Both the position numbers and the translations under genes were made by a program. From Escherichia phage ekra, in the sequence record MN850644.1: a DNA stretch of 64,000 bases, one strand, 5' to 3'. Under the pieces are notes generated by a model that had not been told where the DNA came from, searched no databases, and saw nothing but the letters and a program-made list of their open reading frames with translations. Of this stretch, positions 1 through 8,673 are shown piece by piece. The number at the start of each line of letters is the position of its first letter. Within the stretch, counting starts at the first letter, position 1.

Positions 1-806
1 ATCTGTAGCTGCTCCATGACATAGTTGTGGTAATGTTCTTTAGGAATACCATAAGCTGTTGCTTTTTCAGCATGGTAACGTAGAGACTTCTTAGCATACG
101 GTACAAGTACCTTATCAATCTCTGCTAAAGTAAAGCCACCAAATTGCTGTGCAGTTGCTGAAAGAACTACATCACCAATAACCTGTAAGGCTGACAGTAC
201 AGACTTCGGTTCACAGTATTCAATGCCAGACATTTCAAAGCCACCTTTCAGCACTTTACCAATGTCAAACAAGCAACAGTTGATACCACCAAAAATCAGG
301 TCTCTTAAATCATGGATATAGATAAACCCTTTTTCAATGGCTTCAAGTTCCTCTGGTGTTAGGTGGTACTGTTTAAAGATTTCTTTAGTCAGGTAACCAC
401 GAATAATTGAGCCTTTTGTAGAAATTAAACTGCTGTCAAAATTAGCGTTTTCTCGGTCACCTAAGAAGAGTGTATCTTTGGTCTTCTGGTAGAGTTCATC
501 CCAATTTTGAGCAACCTCTTTACGGTAATTTCTATATGTTGAGTAAGACTCATAAATCTCGTGATTGACTTCTGCCAAAGCACCTTCAACAATACTGTGA
601 ATATCATTTACTGAAATGAGTAAATTATTCTGCTTAGTAGATTTTACCAGAATCCTCATAAATGCTGACTCAAGAGCTTGGGTAACATCTGGTGGAAGTT
701 CTTTATACCCAACCCTATTAGCTGACTTTGAGACTGCTGCTAAAACTTTTTTGATATCAGGTTCTTCGAGTGAGCCATTCTTTTTAATAATCTGTACTTT
801 GTTCAT
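1..806 (-). CDS. nrdD: anaerobic ribonucleoside-triphosphate reductase (class III, NrdD-like), N-terminal part; gene continues beyond window start
   Basis: Hand translation of minus strand from ATG at 806..804 (AAAGGGG RBS upstream) gives MNKVQIIKKNGSLEEPDIKKV (ATP-cone-like) and later FGGINCCLFD...QQFGGFTLAEIDKVLVPYAKK, resembling the NCCL / DKVL.PY region of phage T4 NrdD as I recall it; no stop before position 1. Not in ORF track because it is incomplete. Confidence 0.6.
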   Translation of the reverse strand, partial: MNKVQIIKKNGSLEEPDIKKVLAAVSKSANRVGYKELPPDVTQALESAFMRILVKSTKQNNLLISVNDIHSIVEGALAEVNHEIYESYSTYRNYRKEVAQNWDELYQKTKDTLFLGDRENANFDSSLISTKGSIIRGYLTKEIFKQYHLTPEELEAIEKGFIYIHDLRDLIFGGINCCLFDIGKVLKGGFEMSGIEYCEPKSVLSALQVIGDVVLSATAQQFGGFTLAEIDKVLVPYAKKSLRYHAEKATAYGIPKEHYHNYVMEQLQ

Positions 807-821
807 TATTGCCCCTTTACA

Positions 822-846
822 TGCTAAAAAGGTCTCCGAAGAGACC
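822..846 (-). terminator. rho-independent terminator-like hairpin (GGTCTC-CGAA-GAGACC) followed by U-run on minus strand
   Basis: Perfect 6-bp GC-rich stem with tetraloop at 831..846 and TTTTT in minus sense immediately after; sits between small ORF 855..1061 and nrdD start. Confidence 0.5.
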
Positions 847-854
847 CTTTCATT

Positions 855-1061
855 TTAAATCTTTTTAGAAAACTTCGCAAAGAGTTCTCTTAGTTTTTCA
901 GTGATACCTAACTGTATCTCTAATATTTCAAAGATAACCCATAGTAACATGGCTCCAAACAATGAACCTTGTTCAAAGTCAGTAAATAGGTTAACAATAA
1001 GCATACCAATCACAATAGCTGGTGCATCAACAACCAAACCTTCCCAAATGCGTTTAAGCAT
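855..1061 (-). CDS. small hydrophobic protein, unknown function
   Basis: 68-aa ORF, hydrophobic stretches (AIVIGMLIVNLF, LFGAMLLWVIF); position between grx and nrdD. Confidence 0.3.
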   Translation of the reverse strand: MLKRIWEGLVVDAPAIVIGMLIVNLFTDFEQGSLFGAMLLWVIFEILEIQLGITEKLRELFAKFSKKI

Positions 1062-1296
1062 TATTCACCTCTGCCATAAAATTCTGTAGCGTCCCAACAG
1101 GTTTTAGGTTTTGTCCATCAGTTTTCATGATGAATGGCATCTGACGAACTGGCATCTGTGCAATATCCATCAGGTCTGATAGCTCATAGTCCTGCCCTAA
1201 CATTCTCACAACATGGTCAATACCACGAGCTTTTGCAAAATTCTTTGCAGTCTCACACTGAGGGCATCCAGTTTTGGAGTAAATTATATAAGTCAT
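1054..1296 (-). CDS. glutaredoxin / NrdH-like redoxin
   Basis: 80-aa ORF with CPQC active-site motif near N-terminus (YSKTGCPQCETAK), thioredoxin-fold size, adjacent to nrdB. Confidence 0.7.
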   Translation of the reverse strand: MTYIIYSKTGCPQCETAKNFAKARGIDHVVRMLGQDYELSDLMDIAQMPVRQMPFIMKTDGQNLKPVGTLQNFMAEVNNA

Positions 1297-2369
1297 TAAG
1301 GAACCTCTAAAAATCCACTATTCAAATCATCTACAACAGTATTCAACAGGTACGCACCGTTCTGTTGCTCCTGATTAGCATTCTGCTCTTTATCAATTTC
1401 CATCTTCTTAATCATGTACTTCAAAGGTGGTTCTTTGGGAGCTACAAAATCTCTTGGAATGCCAAACATATCATACAGTGGGGCAGCATTATAGTAAACC
1501 CACTCATGAAGAAGCTTTGTATTTAAGCCAACTACAGCACGTCCTTCGGAGAAGATATAATACGACCATTTCTCTTCACTTTCAACTACTTCATCTAAGA
1601 TTACTTTAATCTCTGGAAGAATCTGTTGAAAAGCTTTCTGCCACTCATCATCTCTTAAAGTTTCTTTTAAAACTTCAATATCAATTTTAGTGTGAAGGAT
1701 TTCATCAAGCATAATTTTCTGGACAGCTTGAGCAATACCCTGAAATTTATCTTGAGCATCAAGTGCAAAAGTACATGCAAAGGATGCCATAAAAGAAATA
1801 CCTTCCAGTGCAGTCACTGCAAATAGACCTTTTAGAATCACTTTATGGAAGTGTAAAGGGTCTTTGTCCAGAAGTGAGTCACGGACATAACTCAGTCGAT
1901 AGTTTATACCCTCATCCAGCAATTCTTCGAGAACACGATTCACAGTTTTTAATCGGTCTTGCACAGCAACATTCTGGTTAATCTCATCTAAGATTGTTTC
2001 AGGGTTTTTAATACATTGTCTTACAATCTCTGAGTAAGTAAGAGCATGTAGGTTTTCAATCTCAGACTGCTTCATAATTGCAGTTGCATAGATGTCGTCA
2101 GAGATAAAGGGTGCAAAGGCAAATGCCAAGCTCTTAGCAACTTGAGTGTCTGCTTCCCATTGCCACTTAAGAATCTCAAGCATTACACCTGACATTGATG
2201 CTGGGACACTCTCAAAATCAAGACGTGATTGTTCAAAAGGGAACTCATCTTCTGACCAATCTTGTGCTTTTTGTTGTTTATAAAGTTCAAAGATTTTTGG
2301 GTAGTGCTTATTGAGTGAGTCAAAAGTTTTTCTCTCACCACCTAAAAAGATTGGGTGCTGGTTAATCAT
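1296..2369 (-). CDS. nrdB: ribonucleotide reductase class I small (beta) subunit NrdB
   Basis: ORF 1296..2429; ferritin-like di-iron protein of typical NrdB size next to nrdA; start moved to internal ATG at 2369 (MINQHP...) which has AAAGGAG RBS 8 nt upstream. Confidence 0.8.
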   Translation of the reverse strand: MINQHPIFLGGERKTFDSLNKHYPKIFELYKQQKAQDWSEDEFPFEQSRLDFESVPASMSGVMLEILKWQWEADTQVAKSLAFAFAPFISDDIYATAIMKQSEIENLHALTYSEIVRQCIKNPETILDEINQNVAVQDRLKTVNRVLEELLDEGINYRLSYVRDSLLDKDPLHFHKVILKGLFAVTALEGISFMASFACTFALDAQDKFQGIAQAVQKIMLDEILHTKIDIEVLKETLRDDEWQKAFQQILPEIKVILDEVVESEEKWSYYIFSEGRAVVGLNTKLLHEWVYYNAAPLYDMFGIPRDFVAPKEPPLKYMIKKMEIDKEQNANQEQQNGAYLLNTVVDDLNSGFLEVP

Positions 2370-2623
2370 AGTGTGATTTCTCCTTTCTTTATCATTTCTG
2401 AGGCTTGTTTTCTGTCTAAAACTTCCCAATTTTCTTTGTTAAACATCTCATAAGGTCTTGCATAGATTTTACCATCTACTGTGGAGATGTAAGAGATACC
2501 AGCAACCCATGAGTCATCCTTTTGTTTTATCATCATATCTGTGCTACTCACATAGTACATCGTTTTCCGAGGCTTGTGGAGCAAGTATATAGGTCGCTCA
2601 TGTTTTTCTATTAAATCTTTCAT
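2366..2623 (-). CDS. hypothetical protein between nrdA and nrdB (start uncertain)
   Basis: ORF 2366..2707 overlaps nrdA 3' end; internal ATG at 2623 (MKDLIEKHERP...) with GGAGAG upstream is the likely start. Confidence 0.3.
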   Translation of the reverse strand: MKDLIEKHERPIYLLHKPRKTMYYVSSTDMMIKQKDDSWVAGISYISTVDGKIYARPYEMFNKENWEVLDRKQASEMIKKGEITL

Positions 2624-2678
2624 GGTCTCTCCAAAGTTATTTTTAGAGGGTCTTTTACGACCCTCATAGTTATTAAAA

Positions 2679-4913
2679 CTAAACACCACAACCCTCGCAA
2701 TAAGCATCTTGCAGTGCAGATTTACCTACACCAATGCGACTGTTAAGGTAGTACATGGTTTTCATACCAACTGAGTTGGCATAAATCATGTACTTCAAAG
2801 CTTGAGCCAATGATACCTTCTTAGACTTTGCATAGTCAACATAGAAGTCTGAAGAAATAGCTTGACCAGTGAACTTTTGAACAATTGCATAACAATCAAT
2901 CATATCAAAGGTGTCAATATCCCAAGCAATTTCATAAACATACTTCAACTCTTCATAATCTGGAACAATAAACAGTACGTTACCAGTTGCAGATTTTTTA
3001 GTTAAAATAAAGTCACGAATTGGGTACAAGCCATTTGTCGTATTAGTTGCTAGTGAAGAACTCTCATTAGGCATGTAAGCTTCTAATACAGAGTTTCGGA
3101 TTCCACCATTCTCTTTGATACGTTGTGCTAAGTCATCCCAATCATATCTTAGTTTTGCATCATGCTTTTCATCAATCTTCTTGTTAGCTGTCTTTGGAGG
3201 AACCCAGCCTTCAGGATACTTAGTGAACTTCATGTACTCTGGAACACCACGCTCTTTAGCAAGTCTCAGAGAGGCTTCATGCAGATAGTAAGAGTGCATT
3301 TCAGCAAGCTCATGAAGCTTCGTTTTACCTGCTCGTGAAGAGTAGTTCACGTAGTTCTTCGCAAGGTAATGAGCCACATTTGTAAGGCCAATCCCAACAG
3401 AACGACGCTTCTGAACATGGTTACGCATCGACGGATACGGATAATCCATAAGGTCAATAACGGAGTCAACCATTGCAAGAGCATAATAAGCAACGTCAGC
3501 GTATTCATCTTCTGAAATTCTCCCTGCAACCAAACTAGCTAGGAAGCAAAGAGCCACCTCACCATCCTCTTTCACAGCATCATCTCTGTAAAGGTCTGTC
3601 TCTTTCTCAAAACCATACACTGGCAACACAATTTCCATACAAAGATTTGACATCTTCAATGACTCTTTAAATGGTGTATGCGTGTTTGCATTGTTAGTGA
3701 AGAATGGATACACACGACCTGTAGCATAACGCTGTTGAATAAACAGCTTAGCAATTTCACGAGCCTTTACTCGTCTGTGCTTAACTCCTGAATGTACTGC
3801 GTGACCAACTGCCATAGCAAACTCATCAGCAGATGCTGTGTAGAACATGTCATAGAGTTTTGGTGCATCTTTGTAAGAGAATAGCAACCAGTCTGTATCA
3901 TACTGAACACACTGCCAGAAATAATCGTTTGTGCCGAATGAGTAGTCCATCTCATTAATACGTTTAGAAGGAACCGTTGTAGGATGCTTCAAACGCAGTA
4001 AATCTTCAATCTGCGGGTCTAGAGCAGTGTAGAAGTTATTAGCTGAACCACCACGACTCTTCTGTTTGTTTGCCTCTACAGATGAACGTACAAGCTTATA
4101 ATAAGGCAGCTTACCCATGTGTTCAATAGTATTTTGACGGATGCCATCACCAATAGTGCGAGTCTCCATCAGCATCCCAATACCAGCTTGCTTTGTGGTC
4201 ATGTCATAGGCAACCTTTGCAGCAATACCTAGAGATTCAGCAGTATCATTCGCCTTAATCAAACAGCATGACGCATAACCTGATTTAGTAGCTCTTAAAC
4301 CGTTTAAATAAGGTGTGGGAGCATTAATCTTCAGGTCAGATAGATAAGTGTACAGCTTGATAACATCTTGCAGTCTACGGTGCTTTGGTTGCTTCTCAAA
4401 AGCTTTCATAGCCATACCCATAAACATAAATTGTGGTGACTCAAAAAGTCTTCCCGTTTTAATATCACGGATACCATACTTGTCTCTGAACTGTTTCAAG
4501 ACTGCATAACCGTAAGAGATATCTTTTGAGTGTACGATGTAACCTTGCAGGTATTCAAGCTCTTCCTGTGAATAATCCATCTTCTCCCAAAGTCCTGCTC
4601 TCTCCATATTTTTAACGAAGGTAACCAGCGTAGGAACCTTAGTAAAGCCTCCAAAGGCTTCTTTGTAGATAATACCCAAAAGCAGTCGTCCAGCCATATC
4701 TGAGTACTCTTGAGTTTGTTTATCAACACAAACATCAATCATGGCTTGGTGCATCTCTTTTGTAGTGCAACCCTCATAAACACGTTTCATGGCTTCCATA
4801 GTGACTTCTGACCAGATAATCCCACGTTTATCTGCCCATGATGCCCACTTATTCAGTCTTTCTGGGTCAAAGCTTACTACTGTACCGTTTGATTTTTTAA
4901 TTGTCTTAATCAT
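2679..4913 (-). CDS. nrdA: ribonucleotide reductase class I large (alpha) subunit NrdA
   Basis: 744-aa ORF; N-terminal ATP-cone-like segment (KKSNGTVVSFDPERLNKW), catalytic-core-like NxxC/E region, C-terminal CEGCGV tail typical of NrdA; adjacent nrdB and glutaredoxin. Confidence 0.9.
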   Translation of the reverse strand: MIKTIKKSNGTVVSFDPERLNKWASWADKRGIIWSEVTMEAMKRVYEGCTTKEMHQAMIDVCVDKQTQEYSDMAGRLLLGIIYKEAFGGFTKVPTLVTFVKNMERAGLWEKMDYSQEELEYLQGYIVHSKDISYGYAVLKQFRDKYGIRDIKTGRLFESPQFMFMGMAMKAFEKQPKHRRLQDVIKLYTYLSDLKINAPTPYLNGLRATKSGYASCCLIKANDTAESLGIAAKVAYDMTTKQAGIGMLMETRTIGDGIRQNTIEHMGKLPYYKLVRSSVEANKQKSRGGSANNFYTALDPQIEDLLRLKHPTTVPSKRINEMDYSFGTNDYFWQCVQYDTDWLLFSYKDAPKLYDMFYTASADEFAMAVGHAVHSGVKHRRVKAREIAKLFIQQRYATGRVYPFFTNNANTHTPFKESLKMSNLCMEIVLPVYGFEKETDLYRDDAVKEDGEVALCFLASLVAGRISEDEYADVAYYALAMVDSVIDLMDYPYPSMRNHVQKRRSVGIGLTNVAHYLAKNYVNYSSRAGKTKLHELAEMHSYYLHEASLRLAKERGVPEYMKFTKYPEGWVPPKTANKKIDEKHDAKLRYDWDDLAQRIKENGGIRNSVLEAYMPNESSSLATNTTNGLYPIRDFILTKKSATGNVLFIVPDYEELKYVYEIAWDIDTFDMIDCYAIVQKFTGQAISSDFYVDYAKSKKVSLAQALKYMIYANSVGMKTMYYLNSRIGVGKSALQDAYCEGCGV

Positions 4914-4929
4914 TTTTGAATCCTACAGA

Positions 4930-4953
4930 TGAAAAGAGCCTCCGAAGAGGCTC
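4930..4953 (-). terminator. terminator-like hairpin (GAGCCTC-CGAA-GAGGCTC) with U-run in minus sense
   Basis: 7-bp perfect stem at 4936..4953, TTTTC run in minus sense after it; between ORF 4960..5295 and nrdA. Confidence 0.5.
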
Positions 4954-4959
4954 CATAGT

Positions 4960-5295
4960 TTAAATCTTGAAAATTTGCTCATTCTGCCACATATCGTAAA
5001 ACTTATCACTTACTTTTGTGACTGACGAGGTGTGCATACAATTTAGGAACCATGATGGTGCGCTAGCATCCATAATTGTTTCAAGTTTTTGTGTAACGTT
5101 CACATCCATGTCTGCAACAACGTAATTACCTCTCATCTTGCAAACAATTCTTCCAAACAAGATTGCACTTCTACCTCTTCGGTCATCACAGTACATGACT
5201 GTGTCTCCGTGCTTAACATCTTGTCCGATACTATCAACACCTAACTTAGCACCTGAGATAATGTCATCATAAGATAGCTTTTTTGCTTTAGACAC
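4960..5295 (-). CDS. hypothetical protein
   Basis: 111-aa ORF in operon-like minus-strand array, ATGA-type overlap with upstream gene. Confidence 0.4.
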   Translation of the reverse strand: MSKAKKLSYDDIISGAKLGVDSIGQDVKHGDTVMYCDDRRGRSAILFGRIVCKMRGNYVVADMDVNVTQKLETIMDASAPSWFLNCMHTSSVTKVSDKFYDMWQNEQIFKI

Positions 5296-5620
5296 GGTAT
5301 TTCTCCAAGTTTCTTTTCAGATACAACCAACCATAGTCAGTCCTTTCTACACCCATAAAGAGTGGAGCCATCACAACTTTACCGAAAGTATTTCTGTGTT
5401 GGCAGATTTCAAAGGAATACTCTTTCTCAATATCAATCCCATATTTGTACAGGACTGCTTTTAAAACTTGTTCATTGTCCAGAAGTGTATCTGGAGTCTC
5501 ACCATATTTTTCTAGTAACGGGTCATTCATAAACACCGTCATAGAAATATTGTAGTTTGAGAAGTGGCTCTTCTGAGCCACACCCTCTTTATTAATGTTC
5601 TGTGAATCCATTATAACCAA
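5288..5620 (-). CDS. hypothetical protein
   Basis: 110-aa ORF, tightly packed in minus-strand array. Confidence 0.4.
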   Translation of the reverse strand: MVIMDSQNINKEGVAQKSHFSNYNISMTVFMNDPLLEKYGETPDTLLDNEQVLKAVLYKYGIDIEKEYSFEICQHRNTFGKVVMAPLFMGVERTDYGWLYLKRNLEKYRV

Positions 5621-6347
5621 CCCCTTTTAACCAGCACTTCAGGTTATTAGCATCATAATTCAGTTTCGGGTATGAGGTTACATGGAACTGCTCACCATCA
5701 TAATAGACAATATCTGCAATCCATAGTCCATTCTCTTTACAGAAGTCTTTATCTGCTTTAGAGGTAATTGGATTAACTTCTACAAAACCATCTACACCCA
5801 AATCCTTTAAGCTACCTACAATACCTTTGCAGATAACGCATGTCTCAGATACTACCACAAAAAGTTCTTGGCTTTCAAGTTCTACAATGTATTCACCAAG
5901 CTGTACTTTAGGGAGATTTGATTGCTTCATAATCTTCCCATCGGCTGCACGAACAATAGCATACCACTCTTTACCATCAACTACTGACATTCTGATAATA
6001 CACTCTTGACCAGTACGCTTTTCAATGTCTGCAAGACGTTTTAAAGCTTCTTCATAGTCATCTGTGTATTTCAGGTCATTATTATGGCAAACAGCTTTCA
6101 TAGCACCGTTATGGTCATGTTGTGACAGGTAAATCAAACCGTCAAGAACATATTGCAAATCTGCCTGAGCATCCAGTGTCTCAATGGGGTCTTTCTCTTC
6201 AATTGCTTTTACAAGCTCTTTTGCTTCTTCAAGCATACACAGAGATTGAGATTTTAAAGATTCCCAATACTCATCACTGTAAGGTTGCTTTTTAGTGTTT
6301 CCACAACGAAGGTTCCAGTTTTTTACTGATTCTCTTGAGTTAAACAT
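5592..6347 (-). CDS. two-domain protein, N-terminal MazG-like nucleotide pyrophosphohydrolase-like segment (tentative)
   Basis: 251-aa ORF; N-terminal EEAKELVKAIEE...DAQADLQYVLDGLIYLS resembles the EExxE...D helical signature of MazG/HisE-type NTP pyrophosphatases; C-terminal half unassigned. Confidence 0.35.
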   Translation of the reverse strand: MFNSRESVKNWNLRCGNTKKQPYSDEYWESLKSQSLCMLEEAKELVKAIEEKDPIETLDAQADLQYVLDGLIYLSQHDHNGAMKAVCHNNDLKYTDDYEEALKRLADIEKRTGQECIIRMSVVDGKEWYAIVRAADGKIMKQSNLPKVQLGEYIVELESQELFVVVSETCVICKGIVGSLKDLGVDGFVEVNPITSKADKDFCKENGLWIADIVYYDGEQFHVTSYPKLNYDANNLKCWLKGVGYNGFTEH

Positions 6348-6586
6348 TCGGATTCCTTAAAATATTTGTTAACCTTTAGCTCTCGTGTTTCAATATATTC
6401 TAGATGTTCACGTAGCTCTTGACGTTTAAGCATTAGGTGCTGCATTTGAGACTCAACAGCTTCAACTTCTTTAATTATTGACTCTCTAGCATTTGCAAGG
6501 ATGCGCTCAAGTTCTTCAATCTTACTGTCAACTTTTGCTACATGACTCACAGCTTTACTTTTGTTAAACATTTTATTCTCTCTCAA
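6323..6586 (-). CDS. small coiled-coil protein, unknown function
   Basis: 87-aa ORF rich in E/K/L heptad-like pattern. Confidence 0.35.
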   Translation of the reverse strand: MRENKMFNKSKAVSHVAKVDSKIEELERILANARESIIKEVEAVESQMQHLMLKRQELREHLEYIETRELKVNKYFKESECLTQENQ

Positions 6587-6592
6587 TAGTTA

Positions 6593-7090
6593 TCAAGCAC
6601 AATTTGCTTTCATTACCTTATGGATTCTTTTTTCAGCATCTTCATAAGTTTCTTTAGTAATAAACTTAATTGCTGCAATATTGGCATTGTAGAAGAGTCT
6701 GAGCTTCGAGTCAATCCTTTTTGTCATTACATCGAATTTATGTTGAAGGTTTGCTTCACCATAGACTAGGCCACCTTTTGTGTAGTAGGTCTGAATAATG
6801 TAAAAGTCAAAAAATTCTTTTCCAAAGCTCTCAATATCTTTTTTAATATACTCAGAAGAAGTCTCGTAAGTCATCCAATCACTCTCCTTAGTGACTACCT
6901 TCTTCCGAGTCTTCCCAGCAACTTTTCTTTTTGTCACACTGTTAAGCTGTTTCTTTCCGATATAATATTGTCCAGTCTTCTTACAGTGCACTAAATAGAC
7001 AAAGCCAAAATGTTTAGTGGGGTCAACTTCCCCACATAAAGATACCCAATGACCGTAGGTAGGGCAATTGCCAAATCCTTTAATCTTCAT
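6593..7090 (-). CDS. GIY-YIG-like endonuclease (putative homing endonuclease)
   Basis: 165-aa ORF with FVYLVHCKKTGQYYIGKK resembling the GIY-(x10)-YIG motif; located among replication genes. Confidence 0.4.
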   Translation of the reverse strand: MKIKGFGNCPTYGHWVSLCGEVDPTKHFGFVYLVHCKKTGQYYIGKKQLNSVTKRKVAGKTRKKVVTKESDWMTYETSSEYIKKDIESFGKEFFDFYIIQTYYTKGGLVYGEANLQHKFDVMTKRIDSKLRLFYNANIAAIKFITKETYEDAEKRIHKVMKANCA

Positions 7091-7587
7091 TCATAAGCTT
7101 CTCCGTGATTTGAAAACTCTTTATGTAGTTCTTCTCTTTTCTTTGTGACTGCATCTTTGGCATCTTCAATACTGTCAAAATACCCCAGAAAGTGAGATAC
7201 TCCGTGTGTCATAACTCTGGCCTTCCATTTTTGGTTAGCCTTATAGAAAGATACACCCTTAACTCCAGATGTGTTGTTGGAGTGTGTTCTTCTATTCCAA
7301 GAGTTTTCAGCTTGTGTGCAAACCCTTAGATTTAATCTCCGATTATCATTAGTAATACCGTTTCGATGGTCTACTCTGTTAGGTAGGAAACCGTCTGTGT
7401 ACAGGATTGCTAAATCATGAGCCATATAGGGTTTTCTTTTAATTTTTATCCTAATATAACCTCGCTTATGTGGTGTACCTGCAATGGAACCTATAACTGT
7501 TCTTTTAGCTGATTTCTTTATCCACGTAAAGACCCCTGTTTCGGGGTCATAGTGTAGATATTCTTTAAGTATCTGCTGAGTCAACAT
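7087..7587 (-). CDS. HNH endonuclease with AP2-like DNA-binding domain (putative homing endonuclease)
   Basis: ORF 7087..7611; HNH-like HRNGITNDNRRLNLRVCTQAENSWN and C-terminal AP2-like GVKGVSFYKANQKWKARV...GYFDSIEDA; N-terminus paralogous to ORF 17193..17702; start set to internal Met to limit overlap with exonuclease gene. Confidence 0.6.
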   Translation of the reverse strand: MLTQQILKEYLHYDPETGVFTWIKKSAKRTVIGSIAGTPHKRGYIRIKIKRKPYMAHDLAILYTDGFLPNRVDHRNGITNDNRRLNLRVCTQAENSWNRRTHSNNTSGVKGVSFYKANQKWKARVMTHGVSHFLGYFDSIEDAKDAVTKKREELHKEFSNHGEAYE

Positions 7588-8611
7588 TTGGAGTCCAACC
7601 ATACTTTTCAAATGAAAAAATATCTGATTTATTTCGCTCTTGATAAGCTAGGAAGAAATGCTGTTCCATTAACTCTAACGGCGTCTTTGTAACGGTCTGT
7701 CCATCCCATGACACATAGGTATAAGAGTCTTTTTTAGCATAAAGTTCATAGATAGCGTCAAGACACTCTTTGTAGGTCTCTTTACCCTCTAAAGCATTCA
7801 TCACAGCTACTTTACCAGCACCTTTTAGGCCGAAGTAGTTGTCTGCATTATCTCCAGCAACAGCCTGATAACACAAGAATTTAAAACCTACACCAACTGT
7901 TTTTGCAGCTTTTGGTTTTGATTTGATAGGGCAATCCCAGATATTACCAACATTATTATCAGCGATAAAAATTAGTGGTGATTTTTCATAAGTCATATCA
8001 ATACAATAAGTCCCTTCAGCTTGTCGAAGGTCTTTGTCAATACTCATAAGAGCAGCTTTCTTACCCATCTTTTCAGCTTTAGCAATTACGATTGAATCGG
8101 CTTCGAAGCCCCCCTTTAAGAGTTTGAACTCTGGTCTTGACAGGAGATACTCACGACAAGCAACTAAGTGTGTTGGTGTGACAGCATCTTTGCGGTTACC
8201 TTGATATTGGTGCTCGAGACCTTTAATGTCTTTATGTTTATGCACACCTTTCTCTGTTAAATAACCTACCCAAGTTCTCTCTTTACCAACAACCTTAAGC
8301 CATTCCTGAAGCACCTGTTGAGTAGCCATGATAGCTTCTTTTTCACTCTTAGCTTCTTTCCAAGTCTGTCTTTCCCATTCATCTTCATCAAATGTCAGGC
8401 CAAGTTCTTCCACAAGGATTCTCTGGTCTGCTAACCATCTTGCAGCATCTTTCGCATTATCAAATGGTTCAGATTCTTCTGCTGTGAGTTTATTGACATA
8501 TTTATATTTTGCTTTCTCAACTACACAAGCACCTTTATAGGCAATACTGTCAGAGTCAATAAAAACATGTGTAACTGAATCGGGAAGTTTTGTTAATGTG
8601 TACTTCTCCAT
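7565..8611 (-). CDS. 5'-3' exonuclease / flap endonuclease (T7 gene 6-like)
   Basis: 348-aa ORF; acidic clusters FIDSDSIAYKG, MSIDKDL, AGDNADNYFG resemble the T7 gp6 / FEN catalytic motifs; sits beside primase-helicase and SSB genes. Confidence 0.65.
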   Translation of the reverse strand: MEKYTLTKLPDSVTHVFIDSDSIAYKGACVVEKAKYKYVNKLTAEESEPFDNAKDAARWLADQRILVEELGLTFDEDEWERQTWKEAKSEKEAIMATQQVLQEWLKVVGKERTWVGYLTEKGVHKHKDIKGLEHQYQGNRKDAVTPTHLVACREYLLSRPEFKLLKGGFEADSIVIAKAEKMGKKAALMSIDKDLRQAEGTYCIDMTYEKSPLIFIADNNVGNIWDCPIKSKPKAAKTVGVGFKFLCYQAVAGDNADNYFGLKGAGKVAVMNALEGKETYKECLDAIYELYAKKDSYTYVSWDGQTVTKTPLELMEQHFFLAYQERNKSDIFSFEKYGWTPNVDSADT

Positions 8612-8673
8612 TATGGCTCTCCATATGAAAAAGCCCCATACTAAGTACAGGGCTTTAAAGTAACTTTTAGAGA

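Noticed and set aside
616-858. 80-aa plus-strand ORF
   Set aside because: Antisense to the hand-translated NrdD-like coding region (1..806, minus), which has clear homology-like motifs and an RBS; judged a spurious antisense ORF.
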